Below, piece by piece: positions 54,241 to 64,000 of a DNA stretch of 64,000 bases. Position numbers and translations under genes: made by a program. Below the pieces are notes generated by a model. It saw nothing but the letters and a program-made list of their open reading frames with translations, ran no database searches and had not been told where the DNA came from. Source of the stretch: Ilumatobacteraceae bacterium (GTDB lineage: Bacteria > Actinomycetota > Acidimicrobiia > Acidimicrobiales > Ilumatobacteraceae); contig JAYNVD010000005.1 in NCBI GenBank assembly GCA_038100275.1, positions 3,924 to 67,923 of the forward strand, written 5' to 3'. Numbering within the stretch: the first letter of the stretch is position 1; every line of letters starts with the position of its first letter.

Positions 54241-54899
54241 CGTGTTGCTCCTGACGTCATTGATCCTTCGACGGCTGATGACACTGCTGCGGCATCAGGC
54301 GCACGGCCGATGGCGAGTTCGACGGTTCGTGAGGCGACTGACGCTGCAGCCGAACCAATGTCACCACGAATCGCTTCATGAGCGGCCGCGGCCTCTGCGG
54401 CAGCGGCATCACGGGCGCTTGAGATGCGAGCATTTGCCTCGGCGAGTTGCGTTGAACGCTCCAGCTCCAATGTGGCGCGAGCAGCCTCGATACGAGCAGC
54501 GGCCTCGGCTTTCACCTCGGCAAGAGCTACTTCATATGCGGCAACTTCGGCTTGTGCTTCGCTCCGAGCCTGATCGGCTTCGGCATGCGCGCCACGAATC
54601 GAGTCGTAGCGGGCATCCATACTCCGACGGAGGCGTGGATAGAGGAAGAAGCGCATGAGAAGCGCGAAGAGGATGAAGGCGCCTGCACCCCAGTACAACT
54701 CTTTCGCTTCTGGCATGATCGGGCTTGGGCCCGGATCGCACTCCTCTAGAGATTCGATCTTCTCTGATGGCTCTTTGCCTTCAGGGATGATCGAACAGTC
54801 CGCGTACGTGTACTCGGAGGAATGCCCCTCCTCGCCTTCGCTGGCGGAGAGGAGCACTTCAGGTCCATTTGACCCGTATGTCACGACGGCTGTCAGCAC
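54237..54899 (-). CDS. Second Fo b-type subunit (b') with a ~60-aa acidic N-terminal extension
   Basis: 220 aa. TM helix LYWGAGAFILFALLMRFFLY followed by an A/E/R-rich helix typical of b subunits. GTG 54899 is preceded by GGAG at 5 nt. An internal ATG at 54716 would give a canonical-length b. Confidence 0.8.
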   Translation of the reverse strand: MLTAVVTYGSNGPEVLLSASEGEEGHSSEYTYADCSIIPEGKEPSEKIESLEECDPGPSPIMPEAKELYWGAGAFILFALLMRFFLYPRLRRSMDARYDSIRGAHAEADQARSEAQAEVAAYEVALAEVKAEAAARIEAARATLELERSTQLAEANARISSARDAAAAEAAAAHEAIRGDIGSAAASVASRTVELAIGRAPDAAAVSSAVEGSMTSGATR

Positions 54900-54938
54900 G
54901 TCAACTCCTTGATCTGCAGTTATCGGTTACGTATACAA

Positions 54939-54958
54939 GATCCGGACGTTGCCGGATC
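54939..54958 (-). other. Intercistronic stem-loop between atpE and the b' gene
   Basis: GATCCGG-caacgt-CCGGATC (7-bp stem) begins 7 nt after the atpE stop on the minus strand. There is no U-tract, so it is more likely an mRNA stability or processing element than a terminator. Confidence 0.4.
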
Positions 54959-54964
54959 GGGTGA

Positions 54965-55270
<306 letters not shown>

Positions 55271-56026
55271 TTAGTGCTCAGGATGGGCGGCGCCACCGAT
55301 GTACACGGCAGCGAGGATCGTGAAGATGTAAGCCTGCAAGAACGCGACGAGAACCTCGAACGCGGTGAGGAACACCAGCATGAAGAACGGCAAGATGCCG
55401 ACGGGAACCAGAGCGATATTGCCACCCTGAACCAATTCCTTCGTGAGAAGGGCAAAGGTCACAAGAAGAATGTGACCAGCGAGCATGTTCGCAAACAGAC
55501 GAACTGTCAGCGAGAACGGGCGAACCAAGAACGTTGAGATGAACTCGATTGGTGTCACCAAGATATAGAGCGGTCCGGGAACGCCTGGAGGGAACAGCGA
55601 ATTCTTCAGGTAGCCGAGGCCCTGATGCTTGAACCCAACGCCGATGAATACCACCCAGACGAGCAGTGAGAGGAACAATGGGATCGCCATGCGAGCGGTC
55701 GCTGGCATCTGAATGACCGGAATGATTCCAGGCACGTTGCATAAGTAAATGAACGAGAAGATGCTGAGCAGGAATGGTGTCCAGCCAAGACCATCGCGAC
55801 CCATGGTCGGCATGATGATTTGACCTTCGATGAATTCAACAATTGCTTCTGCAAGGTTGCGAACACCCTTCGGAGCCTTCGATCCATCAGCGTTACCGGC
55901 GAGCAGGAAGATCAACGATCCGATCAGTGCAGCAGCGACTGAGATGATGGCGATCTTGTTGAACGACGGGAACAGATCACTCCAGCGGAGGATTTCGTTG
56001 ATTGGTGGAAATTCGAGTGCGAACAC
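55271..56026 (-). CDS. atpB: Fo ATP synthase subunit a
   Basis: 251 aa polytopic protein. The essential Arg region is FSLTVRLFANMLAGH. Confidence 0.93.
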   Translation of the reverse strand: MFALEFPPINEILRWSDLFPSFNKIAIISVAAALIGSLIFLLAGNADGSKAPKGVRNLAEAIVEFIEGQIIMPTMGRDGLGWTPFLLSIFSFIYLCNVPGIIPVIQMPATARMAIPLFLSLLVWVVFIGVGFKHQGLGYLKNSLFPPGVPGPLYILVTPIEFISTFLVRPFSLTVRLFANMLAGHILLVTFALLTKELVQGGNIALVPVGILPFFMLVFLTAFEVLVAFLQAYIFTILAAVYIGGAAHPEH

Positions 56027-56047
56027 GTTGTTTCGTTCCTGTTGTTT

Positions 56048-56497
56048 CTACGGGCGGGCAGGTTTTAAGCCGGCGTGAGCCAGCGAGATTGCTACGTACT
56101 TCAACTCCCACACGAGGAGTCCTATATGAGACACGATTATGGTCGCTCCGAGTGCGGGACGCGAAATCCATGACGCGTCACGTACGAGAAGGAAGGCAAC
56201 GAGGATCAATCCTAGACGAATGAGATAGCCGAACAACGTGGCGGCCATGACTAATGCGGTAGAAATTTTCGCCGCTCCAGACACGAGCGCGGCGGCGAGC
56301 AAGAAGTTGACGAAGACAAGACCGAGCGCAAATGCGGCTGACAATGCTCCCGGCCCGCCCCATGGCATTGCTGCAACAGCTATGACGAGTGGGGTGATGT
56401 ACAAACCGCGCTTCACCATGTCGAGAGAGATACGAACCTCGATCGGGTTCTCGTCGACCGTTACCTCAGGGGAAGTTGACATATCCGCAGCGGTCAC
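56048..56497 (-). CDS. atpI: ATP synthase protein I-like membrane protein
   Basis: 149 aa with four hydrophobic helices, located immediately upstream of atpB. Confidence 0.65.
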   Translation of the reverse strand: MTAADMSTSPEVTVDENPIEVRISLDMVKRGLYITPLVIAVAAMPWGGPGALSAAFALGLVFVNFLLAAALVSGAAKISTALVMAATLFGYLIRLGLILVAFLLVRDASWISRPALGATIIVSHIGLLVWELKYVAISLAHAGLKPARP

Positions 56498-56769
56498 TTT
56501 GCTGCCTTCGCTCGAGCAGACTCACGGCGCTCTTCCTCGAGTCGCTCCATGCGGCCGTCGTACTCAAACTTCATTTTGATGAATGAACCAGCGGCCCCAA
56601 ATAGCACGAGGCCAATCATGAAGAGCGGGCGGGTTCCAAGCCACTGGTCAAGCAACCATCCGATACCAAGAAAGAACGCAAGAAGAAGTGCGGTCTCCAT
56701 GCCACGACCCAAGTTGTCGTCGGCTCCGCCAGCGCGGGCGTTACGGGCTTGAGTGAATAGCAACTTCAT
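56494..56769 (-). CDS. AtpZ/ATPase_gene1-family small membrane protein
   Basis: 91 aa. LGRGMETALLLAFFLGIGWLLDQWLGTRPLFMIGLVLFGAAGSF matches the two-helix AtpZ pattern. There is no SD before ATG 56769 (the upstream sequence is CCTCCC), so the start is uncertain. Confidence 0.65.
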   Translation of the reverse strand: MKLLFTQARNARAGGADDNLGRGMETALLLAFFLGIGWLLDQWLGTRPLFMIGLVLFGAAGSFIKMKFEYDGRMERLEEERRESARAKAAK

Positions 56770-56907
56770 GGGAGGTCAAGTAGGGATTCGCTTGCGCAGT
56801 TCATTGCGCTTGTGAACGCCTGCACAAACTAGACCAAACGCACCCGTTCACGCAACCTTCAAATGTTGCAGTTCGTTGGCAATCGATACACCAGCCCGCT
56901 GGACGCG

Positions 56908-58077
56908 TCAGTCGTCAGACACGATCTGCTCAGAGGCTGGGCGAAGCAATGCCGCTTCGATCTCCTCCGCTCGTTTACGACGGACACTCGGATGCAGCAC
57001 CGTAAACAGCACGATTGCAAGAGCACCCATCCCAAACGGCAGGTAGGTCGGGTTTGTGTCGGTAAGCACCGGGTACAGCACGAAGGCCGACAACAGTGCT
57101 GTCCAGGCCCACAAGATCGCGACACTTCGACGGTGACCGTGCCCAAGGTTCATCAATCGGTGGTGAAGGTGACCCTTATCTGCCACGTCAATCGCTTGGC
57201 GTTGAGAGGCCCGACGCACGATTGCGAACAAGGTGTCGAGAATCGGGACACCCAGAATCAGGATTGGAATCGCAAGCGGAGCAAGGAAGAAAAACGTCTG
57301 ACCGACAAAGGCCTGGGTGAGCGGATCGGCCCGACCCCCGACCATCCCCGTCGCAACGGCAAGCAGTAACCCGAGGAGGAAGGCCCCACCATCACCCATA
57401 AATGTCGTAGCCGGGTTGAAGTTGTGAGGAAGAAATCCGACGGCGACGCCGGCGGCGATGATTGCAACAAGCGGACCCAGGTTTGGTTGGCTCAGCAATC
57501 CGAGATCTGAAAGCCGAAAGGCGTAGAGAAAGAATGCCCCAGCTCCAATTGCGACAATCCCTGCAGCGAGACCATCGAGTCCATCGATCAAGTTGATTGC
57601 TTGGGTCATTCCAAGCAGCCAGATCACTGTGACTACTGGCTGCCAATCGCTCGACAGGATGAATACGTCAAGGTAGGGAACGCGGAAGTAATACATCGTT
57701 GCACCGAACCAAGTGAGCAACATTGCGGCAACAACAATTCCGGTCACCTTTGCCGGTGGCGCAAGATCACGGGTGTCGTCAAGGAAACCAACAACCGCAA
57801 TCACCGCGGCCGCAAGCACAACTCCGACTTGTTCGATATTCCCATCGAACAAGGATTCAAAACGGCCAAGCGACTGCGCTACCGCAAGAGCGAAGAGCAG
57901 ACCGAGCAGCATGGCGATTCCACCAACATTTGGGATCGCCGACGTGTGAACACTGCGATCATTCGGTTGCGCCACCCAACCCCGGCGTATCGCCACAATG
58001 CTGACCACAGGCGTTGCGATAAATGTCACGCCAGCCGCAACAACCCCGATGATCAAATAATCGAACAGGCTTGGCAT
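56908..58077 (-). CDS. wecA: UDP-GlcNAc:undecaprenyl-phosphate GlcNAc-1-phosphate transferase (MraY/WecA family)
   Basis: 389 aa polytopic protein. NLIDGLDGLAAG and FMGDGGAFLLG motifs. It has the classical position upstream of the atp operon in actinobacteria. Confidence 0.88.
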   Translation of the reverse strand: MPSLFDYLIIGVVAAGVTFIATPVVSIVAIRRGWVAQPNDRSVHTSAIPNVGGIAMLLGLLFALAVAQSLGRFESLFDGNIEQVGVVLAAAVIAVVGFLDDTRDLAPPAKVTGIVVAAMLLTWFGATMYYFRVPYLDVFILSSDWQPVVTVIWLLGMTQAINLIDGLDGLAAGIVAIGAGAFFLYAFRLSDLGLLSQPNLGPLVAIIAAGVAVGFLPHNFNPATTFMGDGGAFLLGLLLAVATGMVGGRADPLTQAFVGQTFFFLAPLAIPILILGVPILDTLFAIVRRASQRQAIDVADKGHLHHRLMNLGHGHRRSVAILWAWTALLSAFVLYPVLTDTNPTYLPFGMGALAIVLFTVLHPSVRRKRAEEIEAALLRPASEQIVSDD

Positions 58078-58102
58078 GACGAAACGTTAGACCCGATACC
58101 TC

Positions 58103-59344
58103 TCAGTACGCCGGGAACCTTTCGCATAAGGCAGCAACCTCTTGCCGAATTCCAGCCACCGCCGCAGCATCACTGCGATGACGCAATGTGCGGGTGATGA
58201 GATCCGCAATAATCGGCATCTCGTCAGCACCCATTCCCTGCGTTGTCACGGACGGCGTGCCAATACGAACACCACTTGTGACAAATGGGCTTCGAGGGTC
58301 ATCCGGCACCGTGTTCTTATTTAACGTGATCCCGGCCTCATCGAGTACTGCCTGCGCCTCTTTGCCGGTGAGTTCTTCGTCGAACGGACGGAGGTCGACG
58401 ACAATCATGTGAGTGTCGGTGCCACCTGACACCATGCGGAACCCGTGACCTGCAAGCGCATCAGCAAGCTGAGACGCATTCGACACGATGCGCTGGGCAT
58501 ATTCGCCGAACTCAGGTGACATGGCCTCTCTAAAGGCAATCGCTTTGCCCGCAATCACATGCTCGAGCGGACCTCCCTGCCATCCGGGGAACACAGCCTT
58601 ATCAATAGCTGCTGCATGTTCAGCCTTCGCGAGAATGCATCCACCACGCGGGCCCCGCAATGTTTTGTGCGTGGTGAAGGTAACGACATCTGCGAACGGC
58701 ACCGGATTTGGATGTGCTCCTCCGGCGACAAGTCCGGCGAGATGGGCGATGTCAAAGAGCAAGAGCGCTCCGACCTCGTCAGCAATGCTCTTAAACGGCT
58801 CTGGATCAAGTCGCCTTGGGTAACTCGTGGTTCCAGCAACGATGAGCTTTGGGCGATGTTCACGGGCAAGATCGCGAACTCGATCCATGTCGATTCGCTC
58901 TTCTGCGCCAACGCCATATGACACAAAGTTGTACAACAACCCGCTCGCATTCACCGGGGAGCCGTGGGTGAGATGGCCACCATGATCGAGACTGAGCCCG
59001 AGAACCGTGTCTCCCGGCGATAGCAGTGCCTGATACACGCACATATTCGCGTTGGCGCCCGAATGCGGCTGAACGTTTGCGTGATCAGCGCCAAATAGTT
59101 GCTTCACTCGCTCGATCGCAATTGCTTCGATCGAGTCAACGACTTGATTGCCTCCGTAATAACGCTTGCCGGGGTACCCCTCTGAGTACTTGTTCGTCAG
59201 CACAGACCCGACCGCTTTCATCACCGCAGGCGAGGTGAAATTCTCGCTTGCGATTAACTGCAGGCCGGTCTGTTGACGCTCGAATTCGGCCGACAGCAAT
59301 GCCTCGACCTCAAGGTCTGGCTGCGCATCAGATGGAAACGGCAT
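58103..59344 (-). CDS. glyA: Serine hydroxymethyltransferase
   Basis: Start moved to ATG 59344 ([22 protein letters not shown]). The PLP-Lys block is [14 protein letters not shown]. The track ORF extends 53 codons into rpiB. Confidence 0.95.
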   Translation of the reverse strand: MPFPSDAQPDLEVEALLSAEFERQQTGLQLIASENFTSPAVMKAVGSVLTNKYSEGYPGKRYYGGNQVVDSIEAIAIERVKQLFGADHANVQPHSGANANMCVYQALLSPGDTVLGLSLDHGGHLTHGSPVNASGLLYNFVSYGVGAEERIDMDRVRDLAREHRPKLIVAGTTSYPRRLDPEPFKSIADEVGALLLFDIAHLAGLVAGGAHPNPVPFADVVTFTTHKTLRGPRGGCILAKAEHAAAIDKAVFPGWQGGPLEHVIAGKAIAFREAMSPEFGEYAQRIVSNASQLADALAGHGFRMVSGGTDTHMIVVDLRPFDEELTGKEAQAVLDEAGITLNKNTVPDDPRSPFVTSGVRIGTPSVTTQGMGADEMPIIADLITRTLRHRSDAAAVAGIRQEVAALCERFPAY

Positions 59345-59345
59345 T

Positions 59346-59792
59346 TCAGAACTCCTCTTCCAGAGCGGTGAGTTGGTCAACCCTTCGAGCGTGACGTCCA
59401 CCCTCGAAATCAGTCCCAAGGAACACATCAACAATTTCTTCGGCAAGCCCGACACCGACAACTCGAGCGCCAATCGACAAGACATTTGCGTTGTTGTGTT
59501 CACGCGCCATTCTCGCGGTGTACAAACAGTTGCAAAGAGCTGCTCGAACGCCTCTCACTTTGTTGGCAGCCAGTTGTTCACCTTGGCCGCTTCCACCGAG
59601 CACGATCCCGACATCGGCTTCACCGTCACGAACCGATCGTCCTGCCGCCGAACAGAACTCTGGGTAGTCAACGCTGTCGGTCGAATGCGTGCCATGGTCG
59701 ATCACGGTGTGGCCGGCAGCTTCGACATATGCGATGAGGTGCTGTTTCAGTTCAAAGCCGGCATGGTCACAGCCGAAAGAGATGGTTGCCAC
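59346..59792 (-). CDS. rpiB: Ribose-5-phosphate isomerase B
   Basis: 148 aa. [14 protein letters not shown]-terminus and the [13 protein letters not shown] block. Confidence 0.9.
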   Translation of the reverse strand: MATISFGCDHAGFELKQHLIAYVEAAGHTVIDHGTHSTDSVDYPEFCSAAGRSVRDGEADVGIVLGGSGQGEQLAANKVRGVRAALCNCLYTARMAREHNNANVLSIGARVVGVGLAEEIVDVFLGTDFEGGRHARRVDQLTALEEEF

Positions 59793-59833
59793 GACTGCAA
59801 AGTGTACGGGCAGACTTGCGTAGGGTCACGGAC

Positions 59834-61357
59834 GTGACAACAATCCCTCCCGCAAATACTCCTGTCATCATCGGCGTCGGCCAAGTTCAACAGCGAATCG
59901 ACGATCCGAGTCAGGCAGAGGACGCAAGTGCGCTCATGGCTCAGGCCATACGCGCCGCTGCGCAAGACGCTCGCGCGACCAATGATCCAATCGCATCAGC
60001 GGGAGTACTTGCAGTCGTCAATACCCTGTCGTGGCGTTATGGCGACTCGGCACGAATCGTCGCAGACCGCCTCGGCATTGCGCCACGACGTGTCGTCACC
60101 CCAATGGGAGGCAACTCGCCACAGTCGCTCGTCAACTCAGCATCGCAACGCATCCTGCGCGGCGAAATCGACTGTGCGCTCCTTGTCGGTGGCGAAACTT
60201 GGCGCAGTCGTATGCGCGCAAGAAAGCACGGGATTGACCTGCCATGGCCGAAGGTTGACCCTGAGGTAGTTGAACAAGAACCACCCGAGACATGGGGGCA
60301 CCACCTACAGATGTCGAACCCCGAGGAAACCGAACTGGGACTCATCATGCCGGTGCAGGTGTATCCATTGTTTGAAACTGCAATCCGAGCAGCTCGCGGA
60401 GTTACTCCCGAACAACACATTGCCGATGTTGGCCGGATGTGGGCTGCATTCAGCAAGGTTGCCGAACAAAACCCAAACGCATGGCTTCGGACATCACTCA
60501 CCGGCGATGAAATCACGACGCCGTCGAGTTCGAACCGCATGGTTGGATACCCGTATACGAAGGCAATGAACTCGAACAACGATGTCGACATGGCAGCCGC
60601 AGTCATCATCTGTTCGGCCGCCCACGCCGAAGCACTCGGAGTTCCAAAAGACAAGTGGGTGTTCCCGCACAGCGGGGCCGACTGCCATGAACATCCATTC
60701 ATTTCAGATCGCGACGATTTTGCGCGAACGCCTGCCGTCGAACTTGGCGGGCAGCAAGCACTTGAACTTGCTGGCGTGACGATTGACGACATTGCGCACC
60801 TCGATCTCTACTCGTGCTTCCCGTCAGCAGTGCAGCTTGGCGCAAAGTCACTCGGGATTGACCCCTACAACGAGCCTCGGCCGCTTACTCAAACCGGTGG
60901 GCTCTCCTTCGCAGGCGGTCCATGGAACGAATACGTCATGCATTCGATCGCAACAATGGTCGAAACACTTCGCAATGACCCAGGATCAACCGGGTTGGTG
61001 TGGGCCAACGGCGGCTTCGTCACCAAGCACGCATTCGGTATCTACTCGACAACTCCACCAGCGCAAGAGTTCCGACACGCCGAGCCTCAAGACCAGATTG
61101 ATGCACTACCACGAGCGGGATGGGCCGCTGCTGCGGAAGCGTCAAACGACACAACCACGCATATTGAGGCCTACACCGTGATGCACGGAAAGACTTCCGA
61201 GCCTGAAACTGCGTGGGCAGCAATCCGCCTCGCGGATGGACGGCGCACCTTCGGCAAGAGTGAAGACCCATCGCTACTTGCTCACCTGCTCGTTGGAGAG
61301 CATGTCGGCGAGCTCGTCCACGTCTCCGCCGACCACAATTTTGAGCCTGTCAATTAG
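59834..61357 (+). CDS. Thiolase-like (acetyl-CoA acetyltransferase family) protein with a C-terminal OB-fold-like tail
   Basis: The maximal ORF starts at 59786 and would overlap the rpiB start. GTG 59834 (VTTIPPANTPVIIGVGQV..) is more plausible. A thiolase-like N/C domain layout (ALLVGGETW.., DLYSCFPSAVQ) is followed by a ~100-aa extra C-terminal domain. Confidence 0.7.
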   Translation: MTTIPPANTPVIIGVGQVQQRIDDPSQAEDASALMAQAIRAAAQDARATNDPIASAGVLAVVNTLSWRYGDSARIVADRLGIAPRRVVTPMGGNSPQSLVNSASQRILRGEIDCALLVGGETWRSRMRARKHGIDLPWPKVDPEVVEQEPPETWGHHLQMSNPEETELGLIMPVQVYPLFETAIRAARGVTPEQHIADVGRMWAAFSKVAEQNPNAWLRTSLTGDEITTPSSSNRMVGYPYTKAMNSNNDVDMAAAVIICSAAHAEALGVPKDKWVFPHSGADCHEHPFISDRDDFARTPAVELGGQQALELAGVTIDDIAHLDLYSCFPSAVQLGAKSLGIDPYNEPRPLTQTGGLSFAGGPWNEYVMHSIATMVETLRNDPGSTGLVWANGGFVTKHAFGIYSTTPPAQEFRHAEPQDQIDALPRAGWAAAAEASNDTTTHIEAYTVMHGKTSEPETAWAAIRLADGRRTFGKSEDPSLLAHLLVGEHVGELVHVSADHNFEPVN

Positions 61358-61400
61358 TTCTGCGGTGAACTGAACGTTCACGAGATGGCATGATCACTCC

Positions 61401-62348
61401 ATGACGAGTTCATCTGCCAAACCCCGCATCATTCTCGATTGCGACCCCGGCCACGACGATGCTGTTGCAATCGTGGTGGCCGCAAACACTTGTGACGTTC
61501 TCGGAATCACCACAGTTGCGGGAAATGCCCCTCTCGATCGGACGACTCACAACGCCCGAGTACTTCGACACATGCTCGATCTCGATGTCGAAGTCCACTC
61601 CGGTGCCGGCCGGCCGCTCGTCGTCGAGCCCGCATTCGCTGGTTACGTCCATGGCGAAAGCGGCCTCGACGGCGCTGATCTCCCCGAGCCATCACGTCCA
61701 CTCGATGGCGCCGACGGCGTCCAATTCATCATCGAAACCGCACGAGCAAACCCTGGCTGCCACCTTGTCGTCACCGGCCCGATGACAAATATCGCCCTCG
61801 CGCTGCGTAGCGACCCAACGCTCGGTGACCACATTGCAGGAATCTCATTTATGGGTGGAGGCACCTTCGGTAACCGCACAGCCATGTCTGAATTCAATTT
61901 CTGGGCCGACCCTCATGCCGCTGCGGTCGTCGTCAACTCAGGGCTCCCACTCATCATGGCTGGCCTCGATGTCACACACCAGTTTCAAGCGACTGCACCT
62001 CGGATTGCTCAGGTGAAAGAGATCGACGGACAGCTCGCCAACGTGCTGTCAGGACTGTTCGATTTCTTTTCAGCGAATTACAGCTCGCGCCACGACGACA
62101 TGGAAGGTGCAGCAGTTCATGACCCGCTTGCAGTTCTCGCACTTACACACCCCGACCTGTTCACCTCCGAAGAACGCTTTGTCGATGTGGTGATCGAAGG
62201 GGAGCACACACGTGGCATGACCGTCGTTGACCAGCGAACGCTGATTGATCGACCTGCTGCGAACTGCAACGTGCTCACGAAAGTGAATGCCGACGCAGCG
62301 TGGGACATCACAGTCGCAGCCATTGCTGCGGGAAGCACTGACCGTTGA
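61401..62348 (+). CDS. Nucleoside hydrolase (second paralog)
   Basis: 315 aa. ILDCDPGHDDAVAIV (DxDxxxDD) and LVVTGPMTNIALA. Confidence 0.88.
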   Translation: MTSSSAKPRIILDCDPGHDDAVAIVVAANTCDVLGITTVAGNAPLDRTTHNARVLRHMLDLDVEVHSGAGRPLVVEPAFAGYVHGESGLDGADLPEPSRPLDGADGVQFIIETARANPGCHLVVTGPMTNIALALRSDPTLGDHIAGISFMGGGTFGNRTAMSEFNFWADPHAAAVVVNSGLPLIMAGLDVTHQFQATAPRIAQVKEIDGQLANVLSGLFDFFSANYSSRHDDMEGAAVHDPLAVLALTHPDLFTSEERFVDVVIEGEHTRGMTVVDQRTLIDRPAANCNVLTKVNADAAWDITVAAIAAGSTDR

Positions 62349-64000
62349 CCACCGACTCGTTTCCGCGCCAGTACGCCCGGACTCGCAGATTCACGCTCGG
62401 AGAACCACGTGACCTCAGGGTGAGCCCTGACCACACGACCGTGTTCTTTGCACGATCCCGAAGCGGAAGCGACCCAGTCACCTGCCTTTGGACTTGCGAC
62501 ACAAGCTCAGGGATTGAACGACTGATCGTTGATCCAAGCAATCTCAACTCAGGTGCTGGATTATCAGCAGCCGAACAAGCCGTGCGTGAGCGACTCCGAG
62601 AATCGGCTGAGGGCATCACCGCCTATGACACAGACGCACTGTGCGCAACCGCTGTCTTCACAGTGTCAGGGCGCACCTTTCATGTTCATCTGGCAACTGG
62701 AGAAGTACGTGAGCTCGACGTCGGAGACGGCGCATTCGACCCGCGCATTTCACCAGACGGTCAGTATGTGTCAGCAGTAATCGGTTCGACATTCAGAGTG
62801 GCTGCGATCGCAGAGCCCACGACCTCGGTGATCGAGCTCACAACGGGCAACCCAGACACCCACTGGGGAATGGCCGAATTCATCGCTGCTGAGGAGATGG
62901 GCCGAATGCGCGGCCACTGGTGGTCGCCCGACAGCACACAAGTGCTCGTCACCTTCGTCGACAATTCGCAAGTTGCTGAATGGTCTCTGAGCGATCCAGC
63001 TCAACCCTGGTCGTCCCAACGATCGGCTCGTTATCCGGCGGCAGGAACAACGAACGCCTCCGTATCGCTCCACATTGCAAACCTGAACTCTGGAGAACTC
63101 ACCGAGGTCAAATGGGATCACACCGCATTTGAATATCTCGCACGAGTGTCGTGGGATTCATTTGGTCCGCTCATCACCGTGCAATCACGGGACCAACGAA
63201 CCCTTGAGGTACTTCGAGTTGACCGCGCCGACGGTTCAACGACCCCAATTTGGCGTGACGACGATGACAGTTGGGTTGAACTTGTATCTGGCGCTCCGGT
63301 CGGTATCGGACCCCACGAGATCATCACTGCTGCAGACCGTGATGGAGCGCGTCGCCTCATCGTCGATGGTGCACCGGTCACTCCCCCAGATCTTCAACTG
63401 CGGTCATTTGTTCATGCCGAACGTGACCAAGCACTCTTCATCGCTAACCCGATCGATGACAGCACGGTCCAACACCTCTGGAAATGGCATCGCAACGACG
63501 GACTCACGAATTTGATGGGCGGCAACGTGGTTGCGCACGCAGCAGGTACCACTGATTTCGTCATCACAAGAACCGCAAATCTTGACGCAACCGAGCAGCA
63601 ATGGGTTCTTCCAAGCGGAAAACGACTCACCTCTCATTCCGAAGATCCGCTCTGCGAACCGAATGTCGTGATCACACGAGGCGTTTCTCCTGAGGGCCAT
63701 GGTCTCGATGTGGGGATCATTCTTCCTGCGAGCCAAGCCACTGGTCCGCTTCCCGTGCTTGTTGACCCTTACGGAGGGCCACACGCGTTACGACTGATCC
63801 GATCACGGCGCGCTCACCTCAACTCCCAGTGGTTCGCTGACCAAGGCTTCGCCGTCATTGTGTGTGATGGCCGAGGGACCCCGGGCAGAGGTTCAACATG
63901 GGAACGTGCGGTACATGGAGATCTAGCTACACCGGTTCTCGCCGATCAAGTGGCTGCACTTGACATCGCCGCCGAGCACTGCGGAACTCACTTAGGCCTC
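62345..64000 (+). CDS. Dipeptidyl-peptidase IV-like S9 peptidase; partial, continues beyond the window end
   Basis: Not in the ORF track because no stop lies in the window. My translation from TTG 62345 (TTGA overlap with the previous stop; in-frame TGA two codons upstream) reads TTDSFPRQYARTRRFTLGEPRDLRVSPDHTTVFFARSRSG..HWGMAEFIAAEEMGRMRGHWWSPDS..YPAAGTTNA..LVDPYGGPHA..WFADQGFAVIVCDGRGTPGRG. This is the DPP-IV N-terminal propeller followed by the start of the catalytic domain. Confidence 0.85.
   Translation, partial: MTTDSFPRQYARTRRFTLGEPRDLRVSPDHTTVFFARSRSGSDPVTCLWTCDTSSGIERLIVDPSNLNSGAGLSAAEQAVRERLRESAEGITAYDTDALCATAVFTVSGRTFHVHLATGEVRELDVGDGAFDPRISPDGQYVSAVIGSTFRVAAIAEPTTSVIELTTGNPDTHWGMAEFIAAEEMGRMRGHWWSPDSTQVLVTFVDNSQVAEWSLSDPAQPWSSQRSARYPAAGTTNASVSLHIANLNSGELTEVKWDHTAFEYLARVSWDSFGPLITVQSRDQRTLEVLRVDRADGSTTPIWRDDDDSWVELVSGAPVGIGPHEIITAADRDGARRLIVDGAPVTPPDLQLRSFVHAERDQALFIANPIDDSTVQHLWKWHRNDGLTNLMGGNVVAHAAGTTDFVITRTANLDATEQQWVLPSGKRLTSHSEDPLCEPNVVITRGVSPEGHGLDVGIILPASQATGPLPVLVDPYGGPHALRLIRSRRAHLNSQWFADQGFAVIVCDGRGTPGRGSTWERAVHGDLATPVLADQVAALDIAAEHCGTHLGL

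Noticed and set aside
56770-56907. An inverted repeat GTGAACG...CGTTCAC (about 29-nt spacer) and small hairpins in the wecA-atpZ spacer as a structured RNA.
   Set aside because: The stems are short with a long loop, the region must hold the atp promoter, and I cannot distinguish it from chance by eye.

Overview
This 64-kb window is a tightly packed chromosomal core segment from a moderately high-GC Gram-positive genome. Gene content and local synteny look actinobacterial, possibly Acidimicrobiia-like, but that placement is inference only. I can support about 67 protein-coding genes. They include scattered branched-chain amino-acid genes (cimA, leuB-ilvE, leuCD, leuA), serA, pyrF, greA, ligA and mnmA plus a cysteine desulfurase. 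They also include glycogen genes (glgB and a GT4 synthase), murA, glpX, a complete F1Fo ATP synthase operon (atpZ/I-B-E-b'-b-H-A-G-D-C) preceded by wecA, glyA and rpiB, two nucleoside hydrolases and two S9 peptidases. Two genes run off the window edges and are missing from the ORF track: an FAD oxidase at 1..913 and a DPP-IV-like peptidase at 62345..64000. I found no rRNA, tRNA, CRISPR array, transposase, integrase or recognisable defence island, and intergenic space is very small. I therefore do not see a convincing new multi-gene system here. The observations most worth a second look are these. (1) Two similarly built 12-codon leader ORFs, Ile-Ile-Ile before cimA and Leu-Leu-Leu before leuA, each followed by a hairpin abutting the stop codon and an intrinsic terminator, with promoter geometry suggesting leaderless transcripts. 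(2) A PASTA-domain 'kinase' in which essentially every catalytic residue is substituted, i.e. a predicted pseudokinase. (3) A peptidase / acidic-repeat protein / C-terminal J-domain protein gene string. (4) A GNAT plus enolase-superfamily racemase/OSBS pair. (5) Lineage-specific extensions on ATP synthase subunits. Many track ORFs are antisense or alternate-frame shadows, and several annotated starts were moved downstream.
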